Below, in pieces: positions 1 to 12,594 of a DNA stretch of 64,000 nucleotides. The stretch is from Eledone cirrhosa (lineage: Eukaryota): assembly GCA_964016885.1 (NCBI GenBank), contig OZ024743.1:82088001-82152000 (forward strand), in the 5' to 3' direction. The position numbers and the translations under genes are program-made. The notes under the pieces were generated by a model. That model worked only from the letters and a program-made list of their open reading frames with translations. It made no database searches and was not told the DNA's origin. Each line of letters begins with the position of its first letter. The stretch's first letter is position 1.

Positions 1-150
1 GTTGTTGGTGGTAGGGGTGGTGGTAGTGGTGGTAGTGGAAGTGGTTGTGTTGTTGGTGGTGGTGTTGTTATTGCTGGTGGTGGCGGTGTTATTGTTGTTG
101 TTGGTGGTGGTGGTGTTAGTGGTAATTGGTGGTGGTGGTGGTGGTAGTGT
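1..150. repeat. Degenerate (GGT/GTT/AGT)n trinucleotide microsatellite
   Basis: Directly visible GGT-rich triplets; truncated by the window edge. Confidence 0.9.
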
Positions 151-312
151 TGCTGCGGGGCAGTTGGGTTGAGAGGAGGAGGATGAGGGGGTTTAGAAAT
201 AGTAGGTGCTATATCACGTGATCGTCAGTTTGATCCGCCATATGTTTAATTTATTTATTTCCTAATCTTTACTCTCCATCCCCCTTTCTACTTATACCAC
301 ATCCCTCCCTCT

Positions 313-630
313 AACACCACCACCACCACCACAACCACCACCACTAACACCACCACTACTACACCACCACCACCACTACACCACCACCACAACCACCACC
401 ACTAACACCACCACCACTACACCACCACCACTAACACCACCACCACCACCACCACTACACCACCACAACCACCACCACTAACACCACCACCACTACCACC
501 ACAACCACCACCACCACTACACCACCACCACCACCACCACCACCACCACCACTAACACCACCACCACTAACACCACCACCACTACACCACCACCACGACC
601 ACAACCGCCACCAACACCACCACAACCACC
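313..630. repeat. Degenerate (ACC/ACT/ACA)n microsatellite, opposite orientation to 1-150
   Basis: Directly visible ACC-rich triplets. Confidence 0.9.
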
Positions 631-782
631 TCTATCTACATACACCAACCCTCTCCCTTTCTCTCTCTATCAATCAGTAATCATGTTCACCTCTCTCTAT
701 CTCTACTTCTCTCTCTCTCTCTACCACGCCTCTCTCTCTTTCAATCTCTAATTCTTTCTACTTATACATAACAGCACCGAGT

Positions 783-799
783 TCTCTCTCTCTCTCTCT

Positions 800-847
<48 letters not shown>

Positions 848-922
848 CTCGTTGAGTAACCCCTCACCGTACGTCAACTCTATCCAGTGTAGTAATTAAC
901 CATTACTGCATCCAGGATAATC

Positions 923-968
<46 letters not shown>

Positions 969-1036
969 TTATATACACACACATTATATGCACATATATG
1001 TATATATATATGTATATACACACACATATATGCACA
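783..1036. repeat. (CT)n, (TA)n and (CA)n microsatellite cluster with a short unique insert (847-925)
   Basis: Directly visible. Confidence 0.9.
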
Positions 1037-1048
1037 TCCCCACCTCAC

Positions 1049-1125
1049 CCCACTCTCAAGAGCGTGAAACTAATAAACCTTTGTTCGTACTGCCTCTCTG
1101 TTTTGTTCCCGTTCAATTTTTAACA

Positions 1126-1127
<2 letters not shown>
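1049..1127 (+). repeat. Short interspersed repeat fragment abutting (TA)n; related pieces on the minus strand at ~5804-5850 and ~11868-11903
   Basis: cccactctcaag..cgtgaa.ctaata matches the reverse complement of 5821-5850; tgcctctctgtt.tgt.cc.gttcaattttt matches the reverse complement of 11869-11902. Confidence 0.7.
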
Positions 1128-1150
<23 letters not shown>

Positions 1151-1164
<14 letters not shown>

Positions 1165-1823
1165 GAGAAGAAAGAAGAATACTGCGTGGTTTGCACATGG
1201 GTTACATCTGATATAAATAGTCCTTCGTCAGTGATTTTCCAACCATCATTGGTATTTCATCGCATTAAAAATTCAGATACCTCAGGTTGGTGCGAGCAAT
1301 AACTAAAAAACGTTATTGGGACCAGTAATTCGCGTAAAGTGAGGGGCGACAAGTAAACAACATAGAAGGATAAAAGCAAATCGAAGATAGGAAAATAAAC
1401 AAGCAACATGGTTGTCCGGTCAACGTAAACTGGGTGGATTTCATGAGCGAGAGAGGTACAGACCGTGTCGATGTGTGTGAGGTGTAAGCAAGAAGAGACC
1501 CACACAAGCCAAATGGGAGGAAGTGAGAAGGAGAGAAACAGAGAGTGAGTGAGTGGAAGTGTGAGGAAGAGGTCAGTCGAGAGAAAGTGTAACTGACAGA
1601 GGGGGCGAAAGAAGGTGTGAGAAACAGAGAGAGCGGGGAAGCAGTAAGAGAGAAACAGACAAACGCAACCGAGGTAAATATATATAAAAAACATGAGAAG
1701 AAATAAGAATACTGCGTGGTTTGCACATGGGTTACATATGATAAAAATAGTCCTTCGTCAGTGATTTTACCAACCATCATTGGTATTTCATCGCATTTAA
1801 TATCAGATACCTCAGGTTGGTGC
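1151..1823 (-). mobile_element. Non-coding element with ~143-bp direct repeats (1151-1293 and 1681-1823, period 530 bp) inserted in microsatellite; resembles a Penelope partial-tandem pseudo-LTR
   Basis: acatgagaag...cagatacctcaggttggtgc occurs twice, 530 bp apart, flanked by (TA)n/(CA)n. The class assignment and strand are inferred. Confidence 0.55.
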
Positions 1824-1841
1824 ACACACATATACATATAT

Positions 1842-1893
<52 letters not shown>

Positions 1894-2155
1894 ATATATA
1901 TATATATGTGCGTGTGTATATGTATATAAATATAAACATACACATATATGAAGCTACATATATAAATACACACACACACACATATATATATATAATATAC
2001 GCATTATATACACACATACATATAACTCTGTTACCTCATTTTCTCCTTTCCTCGTGATTTATTAGTTTATTAGTTTTCTATATCCCCCCCCCCCTCTCTC
2101 TCTCATGCACACTCACACCCAGACACTCACACACCCACACACTCACACACACACA
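1824..2155. repeat. (TA)n/(CA)n/(CT)n microsatellites
   Basis: Directly visible. Confidence 0.85.
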
Positions 2156-2360
2156 ATGCCACTGAAATATCGGGAGAAATGTGTTGCAGTGTATAGACAT
2201 ATACGTTATTCTAGTTTCAATAGCTGGGTAGTTAAAACAAATACCAGTTAAATATTGGGGATTAGTGTCATCTCTTCTAACCCTTCCCGCCCTCAGACGT
2301 GTTATCTTCTGCCGTTAATATTAGAAACCCTCATTATTTCATATTATATATATAATTAAG

Positions 2361-2552
2361 TGTGGTGGATTGGCAGTATCGGTAGAGGGTCGGACGCCAT
2401 GCTTTCCAGCATAGTTACGTCCCTTTACGGACTGAGTTCAAACCCCACCGAGGTTTACTTTGCCTTTCATCCTTACGGGGTCGATAAAATAAAGTACCAG
2501 TAATGCACTGGGTAATTGCTGGCCTTGTGCCTAAAGTAGAAACAATTATTTT
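2361..2552 (+). mobile_element. tRNA-derived SINE, octopus-type, near full length
   Basis: A-box-like TGGCAGTATCGGTAG, B-box GAGTTCAAACCC, body GCCTTTCATCCTTACGGGGTCGATAAAATAAAGTACCAGT, tail GGCCTTGTGCCTAAAGTAGAAACAATTATT; several copies in the window. Confidence 0.85.
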
Positions 2553-2792
2553 ATAATTAATTAAAGGTAATATTTGCAGGAAAGTTAGGGTAGTGGCTTA
2601 ACTGCCAACCAGTGTTCAATTCAGGTGGTCTGGGGGGGGGGGGGAGCCCCGTGAGGTGGAGTGGCTGTTGTAGTGTGTGTTGTTAGCCATTGTCCGCGGG
2701 GTACAGCAGAAACACCTGACCTAGGTGTAGAATCTGTCACCCTCTCTCCTTGCCCTTTCCTTCATTTCCATTTTCCTTTCATTTTCCAATTT

Positions 2793-2985
2793 GGCGATGG
2801 ATTGGCAGTATCGGTAGAGGGTCGGATTCCATGTTTTGCAGCAAAGAGTTTCGGCCATTTATGGTCTGAGTTCAAATACCGCCGAGGTTAACTTTACCTT
2901 TCATCCTTACGGGGTCTATATAATAAAGTACCAGTAATACATTGCGATAACTGCTGGCCTTATGCCAAAAGAAGAAACAATTATC
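2793..2985 (+). mobile_element. tRNA-derived SINE, same family
   Basis: Aligns by eye to 2361-2552 over its full length. Confidence 0.85.
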
Positions 2986-3083
2986 TTTTCCAATTTTATT
3001 TTCCTTTTCTTTGAATTTCTATTGATTTCATTTTTTTTATATTTCATATTATATAAATCCTGTTTATAATGTTCAGTCTTTGT

Positions 3084-3135
3084 GTTTTGAGTTCAAATCC
3101 CACAATGTTTACTTTTCCCTTCATCCGCCAGGTGT
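3084..3135 (+). mobile_element. Diverged SINE fragment
   Basis: gagttcaaatccca...tttacttttccctttcatcc. Confidence 0.6.
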
Positions 3136-3247
3136 CACTAATATCAGTGGCTGTCTAATACTAATGTTCATTGAATACTGGATTGGTTGGTAACCAGTAT
3201 TGAGTTGTGTATCTTTGGTTGAATATTTCAAATACCACATAACTACA

Positions 3248-3338
3248 GCTTGTTGTTGTAGTAGTAGTAGTATAGTAGTAGTAGTAGTAGTAGTAGTAGC
3301 AGCAGCAGCAGCAGCAGCAATAGTAGTGGCAGTAATAA

Positions 3339-3383
<45 letters not shown>

Positions 3384-3558
3384 CAGCAGCAGTAGTAGTA
3401 GTAGTAGTAGTAGTAGTGTCTACTCTATTTCGTGATTGTATGTTGTGGTGAAGAAGAAGAAGAAGAAGAAGAAGAAGAAGAAGAAGGAAAAGAAAAAAAG
3501 AAGAAGAAGGAAAAGAAAAAAGAAGAAGAAGAAGAAGAAGACCCCCCCCCCCCCCCCC
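3248..3558. repeat. (TAG)n/(CAG)n, (GAA)n and poly-C tracts
   Basis: Directly visible; these generate the poly-V, poly-E and poly-F ORFs. Confidence 0.9.
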
Positions 3559-3779
3559 ATCACATTGGTAAAATTGTTTTGATTTGGAGACAAACTGTTT
3601 TGTTTAAAAAACAAACAACGTTGTCAGATTTCACGGCGCTGAATTCCTTGCAATTTGCTTTTATATCTCCTGTTTAAGGTTCTCTTTTATTTGTTGTTAT
3701 ACTTCTGTGGTATTTGACTCTGTTGTTGTTGTTTTTAGGGTGGCAGAAGGGGAGGTTAGGGGGTCCTAGAAGATGTTCA

Positions 3780-3926
3780 GGCGAGGAATTGAAAGTTTTT
3801 AGAAGGTTGGATCGAATGTTTTGGTGTATTCGTTTTGGCTTTCTATGGTCTGAGCTCAAATACCTCCATCGTCAAATTTGCCTTTCATCTTCTCGAGGTC
3901 GGTAAATGTAGTACCTCTCCAGTAAT
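3780..3926 (+). mobile_element. Old, diverged SINE copy
   Basis: tatggtctgagctcaaatacc...tttgcctttcatcttctcgaggtcggtaaatgtagtacc..cagtaat. Confidence 0.65.
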
Positions 3927-3933
3927 GGAGCAG

Positions 3934-4160
<227 letters not shown>

Positions 4161-4226
4161 TTTATACTCTGCAATGTATTGAGTACCTTACTTACTGTGG
4201 TTACCTCGAATTCAACCCGGAATAAC

Positions 4227-4290
<64 letters not shown>

Positions 4291-4508
4291 TGCGCTATCT
4301 CTCTATCTCTCACTGATTCACTGTTCAGACAGGAAGAAGAGATGGGCCCCACCAGTTTTAAAATAATCAAGACTTCGTCTGTAAAGACGGATCCCAACCA
4401 ACACGGCCAAAAAATAAGGGTCTTTTATTTATCCTGGGTGTGTTGATATCAGCATCTTTTTGCACTTTATCTATGATGATTCAACATGTGTGGGTGCGTA
4501 TAAGTATG

Positions 4509-4556
<48 letters not shown>

Positions 4557-4559
<3 letters not shown>

Positions 4560-4640
4560 AAATAAATTAACAAGGACGATTGGTTACTCGTTCATTAGGT
4601 TTATTGGTTAGTGACGCGCGTTTCGCCACTGATCAGCTCA
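4557..4640 (-). mobile_element. 5'-truncated Penelope-type pseudo-LTR end with the 3' half of a hammerhead
   Basis: Minus strand reads CTGATCAGTGGC-GAAA-CGCGCG-TC, then AATAAA, then (TA)n. Confidence 0.5.
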
Positions 4641-4713
4641 AGGTTCGATCTGTATCGATCTATCCCGACTCTCTAATCCGCGTCTCGTCATGGTAATGGA
4701 AAAAGGAAAAAAG

Positions 4714-4851
4714 AAATAATTGTTTCTACTTTAGGCACAAGGCCAGCAATTACCCAGTGCATTACTGGTACTTTATTTTATCGACCCCGTAAGGATGAAA
4801 GGCAAAGTCAACCTCGGCGGGATTTGAACTCAGATCATAAAGGGACGTAAG
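4714..4851 (-). mobile_element. tRNA-derived SINE, 5'-truncated
   Basis: Near-identical reverse complement of ~2415-2552. Confidence 0.85.
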
Positions 4852-5221
4852 GAAAAAAGAAATAATACACCCTGTCTAGCTCTACACATCGACACTGAAG
4901 TGAACCTAAACATCGAGTGCTCACCCGGGTGAACCTACAGTAACACAAAGTTTCACTCCCTAGCTATATATATACACACAGTGAGTGGCCGTTATAATTA
5001 GAAACCAGGTGAAACTTGTATTGCAAGTAACTGCCACTTATTGATATTGAATAAATGATATCATTGTGGTATGTGTATACGTGTTGATACTTCCAAAGGT
5101 CCTATCTGTTTATACTTACAAACATAAGATATCGAACGAAGCTCCATCTACTCAATCACCCTGCTAGAATTAACTGTCAAATATCCCACAAATCAAAAGA
5201 TATTGTATTAAATATAGCTGT

Positions 5222-5520
5222 CTTCTTCTCTTCTTCTTCGCCCTCTTATTTCTAAGAGGGTCGGAGGGGAGCAGAGATCTCAAACACTCATTCCAGCGGA
5301 TGCTCTCTGAAGCAACTGTCTCCAATTGATCCGGCTGGATACTCAAGTGAGACCAATCGAGATCACGGATGTTATCCAAGCATTTTGCTCAGGGTCTACC
5401 CCTGGTCCACTACCAGTTGGTTTTACCCGTAAAATCTGCCAAGTGATGCTTTCCAGTGACATTCTAACCATATGCTTCGGAGAAGTAGCGACTCAACCTG
5501 GAATGACTCTAAGAGGAGTC
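5222..5520 (-). mobile_element. 3' end of a degenerate RTE-clade (Rex3/Expander-like) LINE
   Basis: Minus-strand translation across frameshifts gives ESFQVESLLLR..HMVRMSLESITWQILRVKPTG..RGRP*AKCLDNIRDLDWSHLSIQPDQLETVASESIRWNECL. This resembles the RTE C-terminal GHVxRM...GxRPRGRPRxRWxDxI...A.DR..W motif. It ends in a GAA-rich tail. Confidence 0.75.
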
Positions 5521-5536
5521 ATTGGATAATATTATT

Positions 5537-5700
5537 ACGGATAGAGGGTTGGACGCCATGCGTTCTAGCATAGTTACGTCCCTTTACGGTCTGAGTTCAA
5601 ATACCGTCGACGTTAACTTTGCCTTTCATCCTTACGGGGTCGATAAAATAAAGTACCAGTAATATTTGCTGGTCTTGTGCCAAAAGTAGAAACAATTATT
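5537..5700 (+). mobile_element. tRNA-derived SINE, same family
   Basis: Aligns by eye to 2380-2550. Confidence 0.85.
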
Positions 5701-5762
5701 ATGGATACAAAATCTCTTAACATTAGCCGAAGACCAAGAATTTCAGGGAAGGGAAAGTATTT

Positions 5763-5802
5763 AACTGGTACTTTATTTTATCGAACCCCAGAAGGATGAA
5801 AA
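5763..5802 (-). mobile_element. SINE fragment
   Basis: actggtactttattttatcgaaccccagaaggatgaaa. Confidence 0.7.
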
Positions 5803-5845
5803 GTGCAGTATGAACAGTGTTCGTATTAGGTTCACGCTTGAGAGT

Positions 5846-5894
<49 letters not shown>

Positions 5895-6163
5895 GGAAAA
5901 AATGAAACGAAATTTCATTTCTCACTCTTAGTACGGCTGTTACTTAAATATAAGTATGTATACGTACATGCATATATGTATACAGACGTACAGTAGTATG
6001 TATATATATATACATACATGCACACATATATATATATATATGTACGTATGGATTCACAGAACATTTATTATAATGCACGGTGTGTTTGTAAACAAACATC
6101 CCGAATTAAGCCGTACATTGTCTAGTAACCATTGTTGCTCATTTATTCAACACTGACAAAGGA

Positions 6164-6206
6164 ATGCTCTACTAGTTTCAAGCTTATTAGCTATCGTCAG
6201 CAACGT
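6164..6206 (-). ncRNA. Minimal type I hammerhead ribozyme motif (copy A)
   Basis: acgttg CTGACGA tAGCT-aata-AGCTt GAAA CTAG TA gagcat; stem II intact, stem I weakened. Confidence 0.6.
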
Positions 6207-6656
6207 ATACCTTCCTGCCAGATGATTGAACGTCTGAAAGTATATATTTTCCTTATGCATATTAACGGTTGAGCAGCCTAATTTGCATATCGAGTGAATT
6301 AATCGGCCGGGCATACCGAAAACGATAAACGGAAAAAATGAAAAAACACACCGAGCATTATAATAAATGTTCGGTGAATTCATACGTACATATATATATG
6401 TGTGCATGTATGTATATATATATATACATACTACGGTACGTCTGTATACATATATGTATGTACGTATACATACTTATATTTAAGTAACAGCCGTACTAAG
6501 AGTGAGAAATGAAATTTCGTTTCATTTTTTCCGTTTATCGTTTTCGGTATGCCCGTCCGATTAACTCACTCGATATGCAAATTAGGCTGCTCAGCCGTTA
6601 CTATGCATAAGGAAAGTATATACTTTCAAACGTTCAATCATCTGGCAGGAAGGTAT

Positions 6657-6698
6657 ACGTGCTGACGATAACTAATAAGCTTGAAACTAGTACAGCGT
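6657..6698 (+). ncRNA. Minimal type I hammerhead ribozyme motif (copy B)
   Basis: acgtg CTGACGA(6662-6668) taactaataagctt GAAA(6683-6686) CTAG TA cagcgt; palindromic stem III ACTAGT; predicted cleavage after 6692. Confidence 0.6.
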
Positions 6699-6803
6699 TC
6701 CATTGTCAGTGTTGAACAAATGAGCAACGATGGTTGCTAGACACTGTACGGCTTAATTCGGGATGTTTGTTTACAAACACACCGAGCATTATAATAAATG
6801 TTC

Positions 6804-7954
<1,151 letters not shown>

Positions 7955-7999
7955 TCCCCCGCCAAAACAGATACATATAAACACAAACATAAATATGTC

Positions 8000-8255
8000 C
8001 GTGTGTGTTGGTGTGTGTATGTTGGTGTGTGTGGTCTGTGTATGTTGTGTGTATGTTGTGTGTATATTGTGTGTATGTTGTGTGTATGGGGTGTGTATGT
8101 ATCTCCTTATTTGTAAACTGTCAGTCTCCTCCGTCTCCTCAACCTTCTCTACTCCCCCTCTCCCCCGCCTCTTTCCATTCGTTTCTTCTCCTTCTCTCTC
8201 TCTCTCCCTCTCTCTATCACCCACTCTTCTCTCAATCTTCATGTCACTCTCTATA
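8000..8255. repeat. Degenerate TG-rich then CT-rich low-complexity sequence
   Basis: Directly visible. Confidence 0.8.
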
Positions 8256-8326
8256 TTCCGACCACGCCAACTTACAACCAATATCACAATAGTACCTCAT
8301 ACCTCTCCCTGCTCATCTAGGAAATG

Positions 8327-8466
8327 TAATCTCCCAAATGAAAGTATTTTTCACCTAACATTCAATTAATCCGGATTAAGGAATTAATGGGGAATTCCCC
8401 GGGCAACGTTTAATAATCTCTGCCGTTTCTTTTCACTACATCTGTCATAATAACCCCTAATCCGGC
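8327..8466. promoter_or_regulatory. Candidate enhancer: clustered TAATCY (K50 homeodomain) sites and a palindromic kappaB site
   Basis: TAATCT at 8327 and 8414; TTAATCCGGATTAA at 8366-8379; GGGGAATTCCCC at 8389-8400; TAATCC at 8458. Motif evidence only. Confidence 0.35.
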
Positions 8467-8617
8467 TGTTTTCTTAAACGATTCCCTTCACTAAGAGTAT
8501 TTATCCCCTTTATAGCAGATCTTACTTAAAATTTCCACGGTAAGATTGTTATTAAGTTAGGGAGTCAGTGGTGGGGCTCTGGTTTCAAATCTTCTAAGAA
8601 TATAAAATACCCCATAC

Positions 8618-9460
8618 CTTGTTGTTTGTTCTTGTTCATTTTCCTTGTAAGTTTAAACACTCCACCTTGCTTCACACTGTTACTTTGAGCTTTCAGTGGT
8701 AGACTTAAAACGTCGCCTTGTTTAACACCACCATCTACTGCTTTCAGTGTTAGGTCTAATACAACATAGGGCAAACACATAACCAGGTTTAATACTACTA
8801 AGTGATGTCTTGCGTTATGGACCTCATATATCATCGTCATTGTACATCACTTTGATTGAGAGGGCAAGGGCATCAGCCAGTTTAAAACCACACCCTGTGG
8901 ACCTCATATATCATCTGCATTGTACACCACTTCCGTGGTACTTTGATTGAGAGGACAAGAGCATCACCCAGTTTAAAACCACAGCATGATACTTTGAGGG
9001 ATAGGCCAAACACATCACCCCGAATAACTCAGAACTAACCCCAACAACTTGTACTAGACTTAACAGATCATACTGTATAACAGAGGACTAAGGCATCACT
9101 CTGTTTAACAACAGGTGGAAACCCTATAATACATTGTACGGTTTAAAACTACCAGCCAGTGTTGTAGGTTTAACACATTGATTTGTTCAATAGCACCAGC
9201 CGGTGTTTTAGGTGGCTGGACTAACATATCTCTGTTTAACACAGGCCTAAAAAACACACGGTTTCACATCACCACCTGATATTTTAGGCGGGTACCTTTA
9301 CTAGAGTTTATTCTGTGTCAAGCATTCTGAGCTGATCTTAACCTACTCGTGTATGACTTTCCGGCAGATATTGACATGTAAATGTCCAGATTTAACATCT
9401 ACTGCACCAAACTCTTCCATATGTGGCTGTGGCCGGCCAAGATCATGGGCAATGTCCCTC
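8618..9460 (-). pseudogene. Decayed exon-like segment encoding a degenerate ~17-aa repeat (xxVKxGDVLxLPLKxxx)
   Basis: Acceptor tatctcttAG before 9460 and donor GTatgg after 8618; peptides GGVKQGDVLSLPLKAQS, NSVKQGGVFKL, RGDVFGLSLKVSCCGFKLGDALVLSIKVP, SSIKPGYVFAL, PPKISGGDVKP; several stops and frameshifts. Confidence 0.45.
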
Positions 9461-9499
9461 CTAAGAGATACAACTATTAGGAAAACACACACACTCAGA

Positions 9500-11546
9500 A
9501 ACTACTACTAATCCAGAAACAACAATAACTACAACAGCAAAAACAGCAACAACACCAAAAAACACAACAATAATTCCAACCACAACAGCCACAACACTAA
9601 CCACAACCACAACAACAAACAACAACACCGACAATCCCAACCACACCACCACCAACAGCAACACCAACACCAACAACAACACCACCACCACAAAAAAACC
9701 ACCACCACCAACAACAACACCACCACCAACAACAACACCAACACCAACAACACCAACAATAACACCACCACCAACAACAACAACAACAACAACAACACCA
9801 CCACCAACAACACCAACACCAACACCAACAACAACAACACAAAAACACCACCACCACCAACAACACCAACAACACCAACCACACTAATAACACCAACAAC
9901 AACACCAACAGCACCAACATCACCACCACCACCAACAACACCACCACCAACAACAACACCAACACCAACACCAACAACAACACCACCACCAACAACAACA
10001 CCACCAACAACAACAACACTAACGACAACACCAACACCACACCTCCAACAACACCACCACCAACACCACCACCACCACCAACACCAACACCTCCAACAAC
10101 ACCACCACCAACACCAACACCAACACCTCCAACAACACCACCACCAACACCACCACCAACACCACCACCACCACCACCAACACCACCACCAACACCACCA
10201 CCAACACCACCACCAACACCACCACCAACACCACAACCAACACCACCAACAACACCACCACCAACACCAACACCAACACCAACACCACCACCAACACCAC
10301 CAACACCACCACCAACACCTCCAACAACACCAACACCACCACCACCACCACCACCACCAACACCACCACCAACACCAACACCACCACCAACACCACCACC
10401 AACACCAACACCACCACCAACACCAACACCAACACCACCACCAACACCAACACCTCCAACAACACCAACACCACCACCAACACCACCACCAACACCACCA
10501 CCAACACCAACACCACCACCAACACCACCAACAACACCAACACCAACACCACCACCAACACCACCACCACCACCAACACCACCACCAACACCAACAACAA
10601 CACCACCACCAACACCAACACCTCCAACAACACCACCACCAACACCACCACCAACACCAACACCTCCAACAACACCACCACCAACACCAACACCAACACC
10701 AACACCACCACCAACACCACCAACAACACCAACACCAACACCACCACCAACACCACCACCAACACCACCACCAACACCTCCAACAACACCACCACCAACA
10801 CCACCACCAACACCAACACCTCCAACAACACCACCACCAACACCAACACCTCCAACAAGACCACCACCAACACCACCACCAACACCAACACCTCCAACAA
10901 CACCACCACCAACACCAACACCACCACCAACACCACCACCAACACCACCAACAACACCAACACCAACACCACCACCAACACCACCACCACCACCAACACC
11001 ACCACCAACACCACCACCAACACCACCACCAACACCACCACCAACACCACCACCAACACCAACACCTCCAACAACACCACCACCAACACCAACACCTCCA
11101 CCAACACCACCACCAACACCACCACCAACACCTCCAACAACACCACCACCAACACCAACACCTCCAACAACACCACCACCAACACCACCACCAACACCAA
11201 CACCTCCAACAACACCACCACCAACACCAACACCAACACCAACACCACCACCAACACCACCACCAACACCACCAACAACACCAACACCAACACCACCACC
11301 AACACCAACACCACCACCAACACCACCACCAACACCACCACCAACACCACCACCAACACCACCACCAACACCAACACCTCCAACAACACCACCACCAACA
11401 CCAACACCTCCAACAAGACCACCACCAACACCACCACCAACACCAACACCTCCAACAACACCACCACCAACACCAACACCAACAACAACACCACCACCAA
11501 CACCAACACCACCACCAACACCAACACCAACACCAACAACAACACA
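9500..11546. repeat. ~2-kb compound (ACC/AAC)n triplet tract built from ACCACCACCAAC, ACCAAC and ACCTCCAACAAC modules
   Basis: Directly visible; the source of the 517-aa and 672-aa spurious ORFs. Confidence 0.95.
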
Positions 11547-11702
11547 ATGAATATCGAGTGAACTCTGTCCATCTGAACTTCAGGAATATTCTTTCTATAA
11601 AACTTTTTCTATCACCAAAGAAAAAAAGAACGAAGAGACGTACTGGAACAATTTAAACCAAGATGAAAAGAAGAACTGGCTAAAAGACCCACCACCACTT
11701 TC

Positions 11703-12108
<406 letters not shown>

Positions 12109-12397
12109 TGCTTACTTCCTCAGACACCACACAAACTCTGCTATTATCTTTAAGGCATGTCTTTAAGACATAATATTCTACCTAGACACAAGCTTACTCT
12201 GACTTACCCTCCAACACTAGCTACCTCCTACCCCCTCATATTCTGCTGCTGTTTGCAGTCATTACACAGCTTTATCTGTTTTTAGGCGGCTCCTCACCAC
12301 ACTTCAAAGGAAATACCAATATGATGGACCAAAATTCCTGTGGTGCTACCAAATAATCTACACCATTATATATGTATCTAAGTAGGAGTCTATGCGT

Positions 12398-12413
12398 GTA
12401 TGTATGTATATAT

Positions 12414-12459
<46 letters not shown>

Positions 12460-12468
12460 GTTTATATA

Positions 12469-12501
<33 letters not shown>

Positions 12502-12510
12502 GTTTATATA

Positions 12511-12594
<84 letters not shown>

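Larger units (their letters stand above)
5891..6803. mobile_element. Rearranged inverted duplication of a hammerhead-bearing pseudo-LTR (PLE-like)
   Basis: 5891-~6010 is the reverse complement of ~6418-6536; 6060-6343 is the reverse complement of 6520-6803; 6344-6372 is a direct copy of 6775-6803. Confidence 0.75.

Noticed and set aside
2361-2450. tRNA gene
   Set aside because: A and B boxes are present but too widely spaced with no cloverleaf; this is a SINE head.
3200-3677. Poly-V/poly-A and poly-E/K ORFs
   Set aside because: They come from (TAG)n, (CAG)n and (GAA)n microsatellites.
4995-5056. Hammerhead-like TTAGAA-ACCAGGT-GAAA-CTTG-TA followed by AATAAA
   Set aside because: It lacks the essential G5, and stems I and II are too weak. 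At most it is a decayed remnant.
8697-8735. GVKQGDVLS as LINE reverse transcriptase motif B' or a LysM start
   Set aside because: The motif recurs as a short tandem unit with no YADD or other RT or LysM context.
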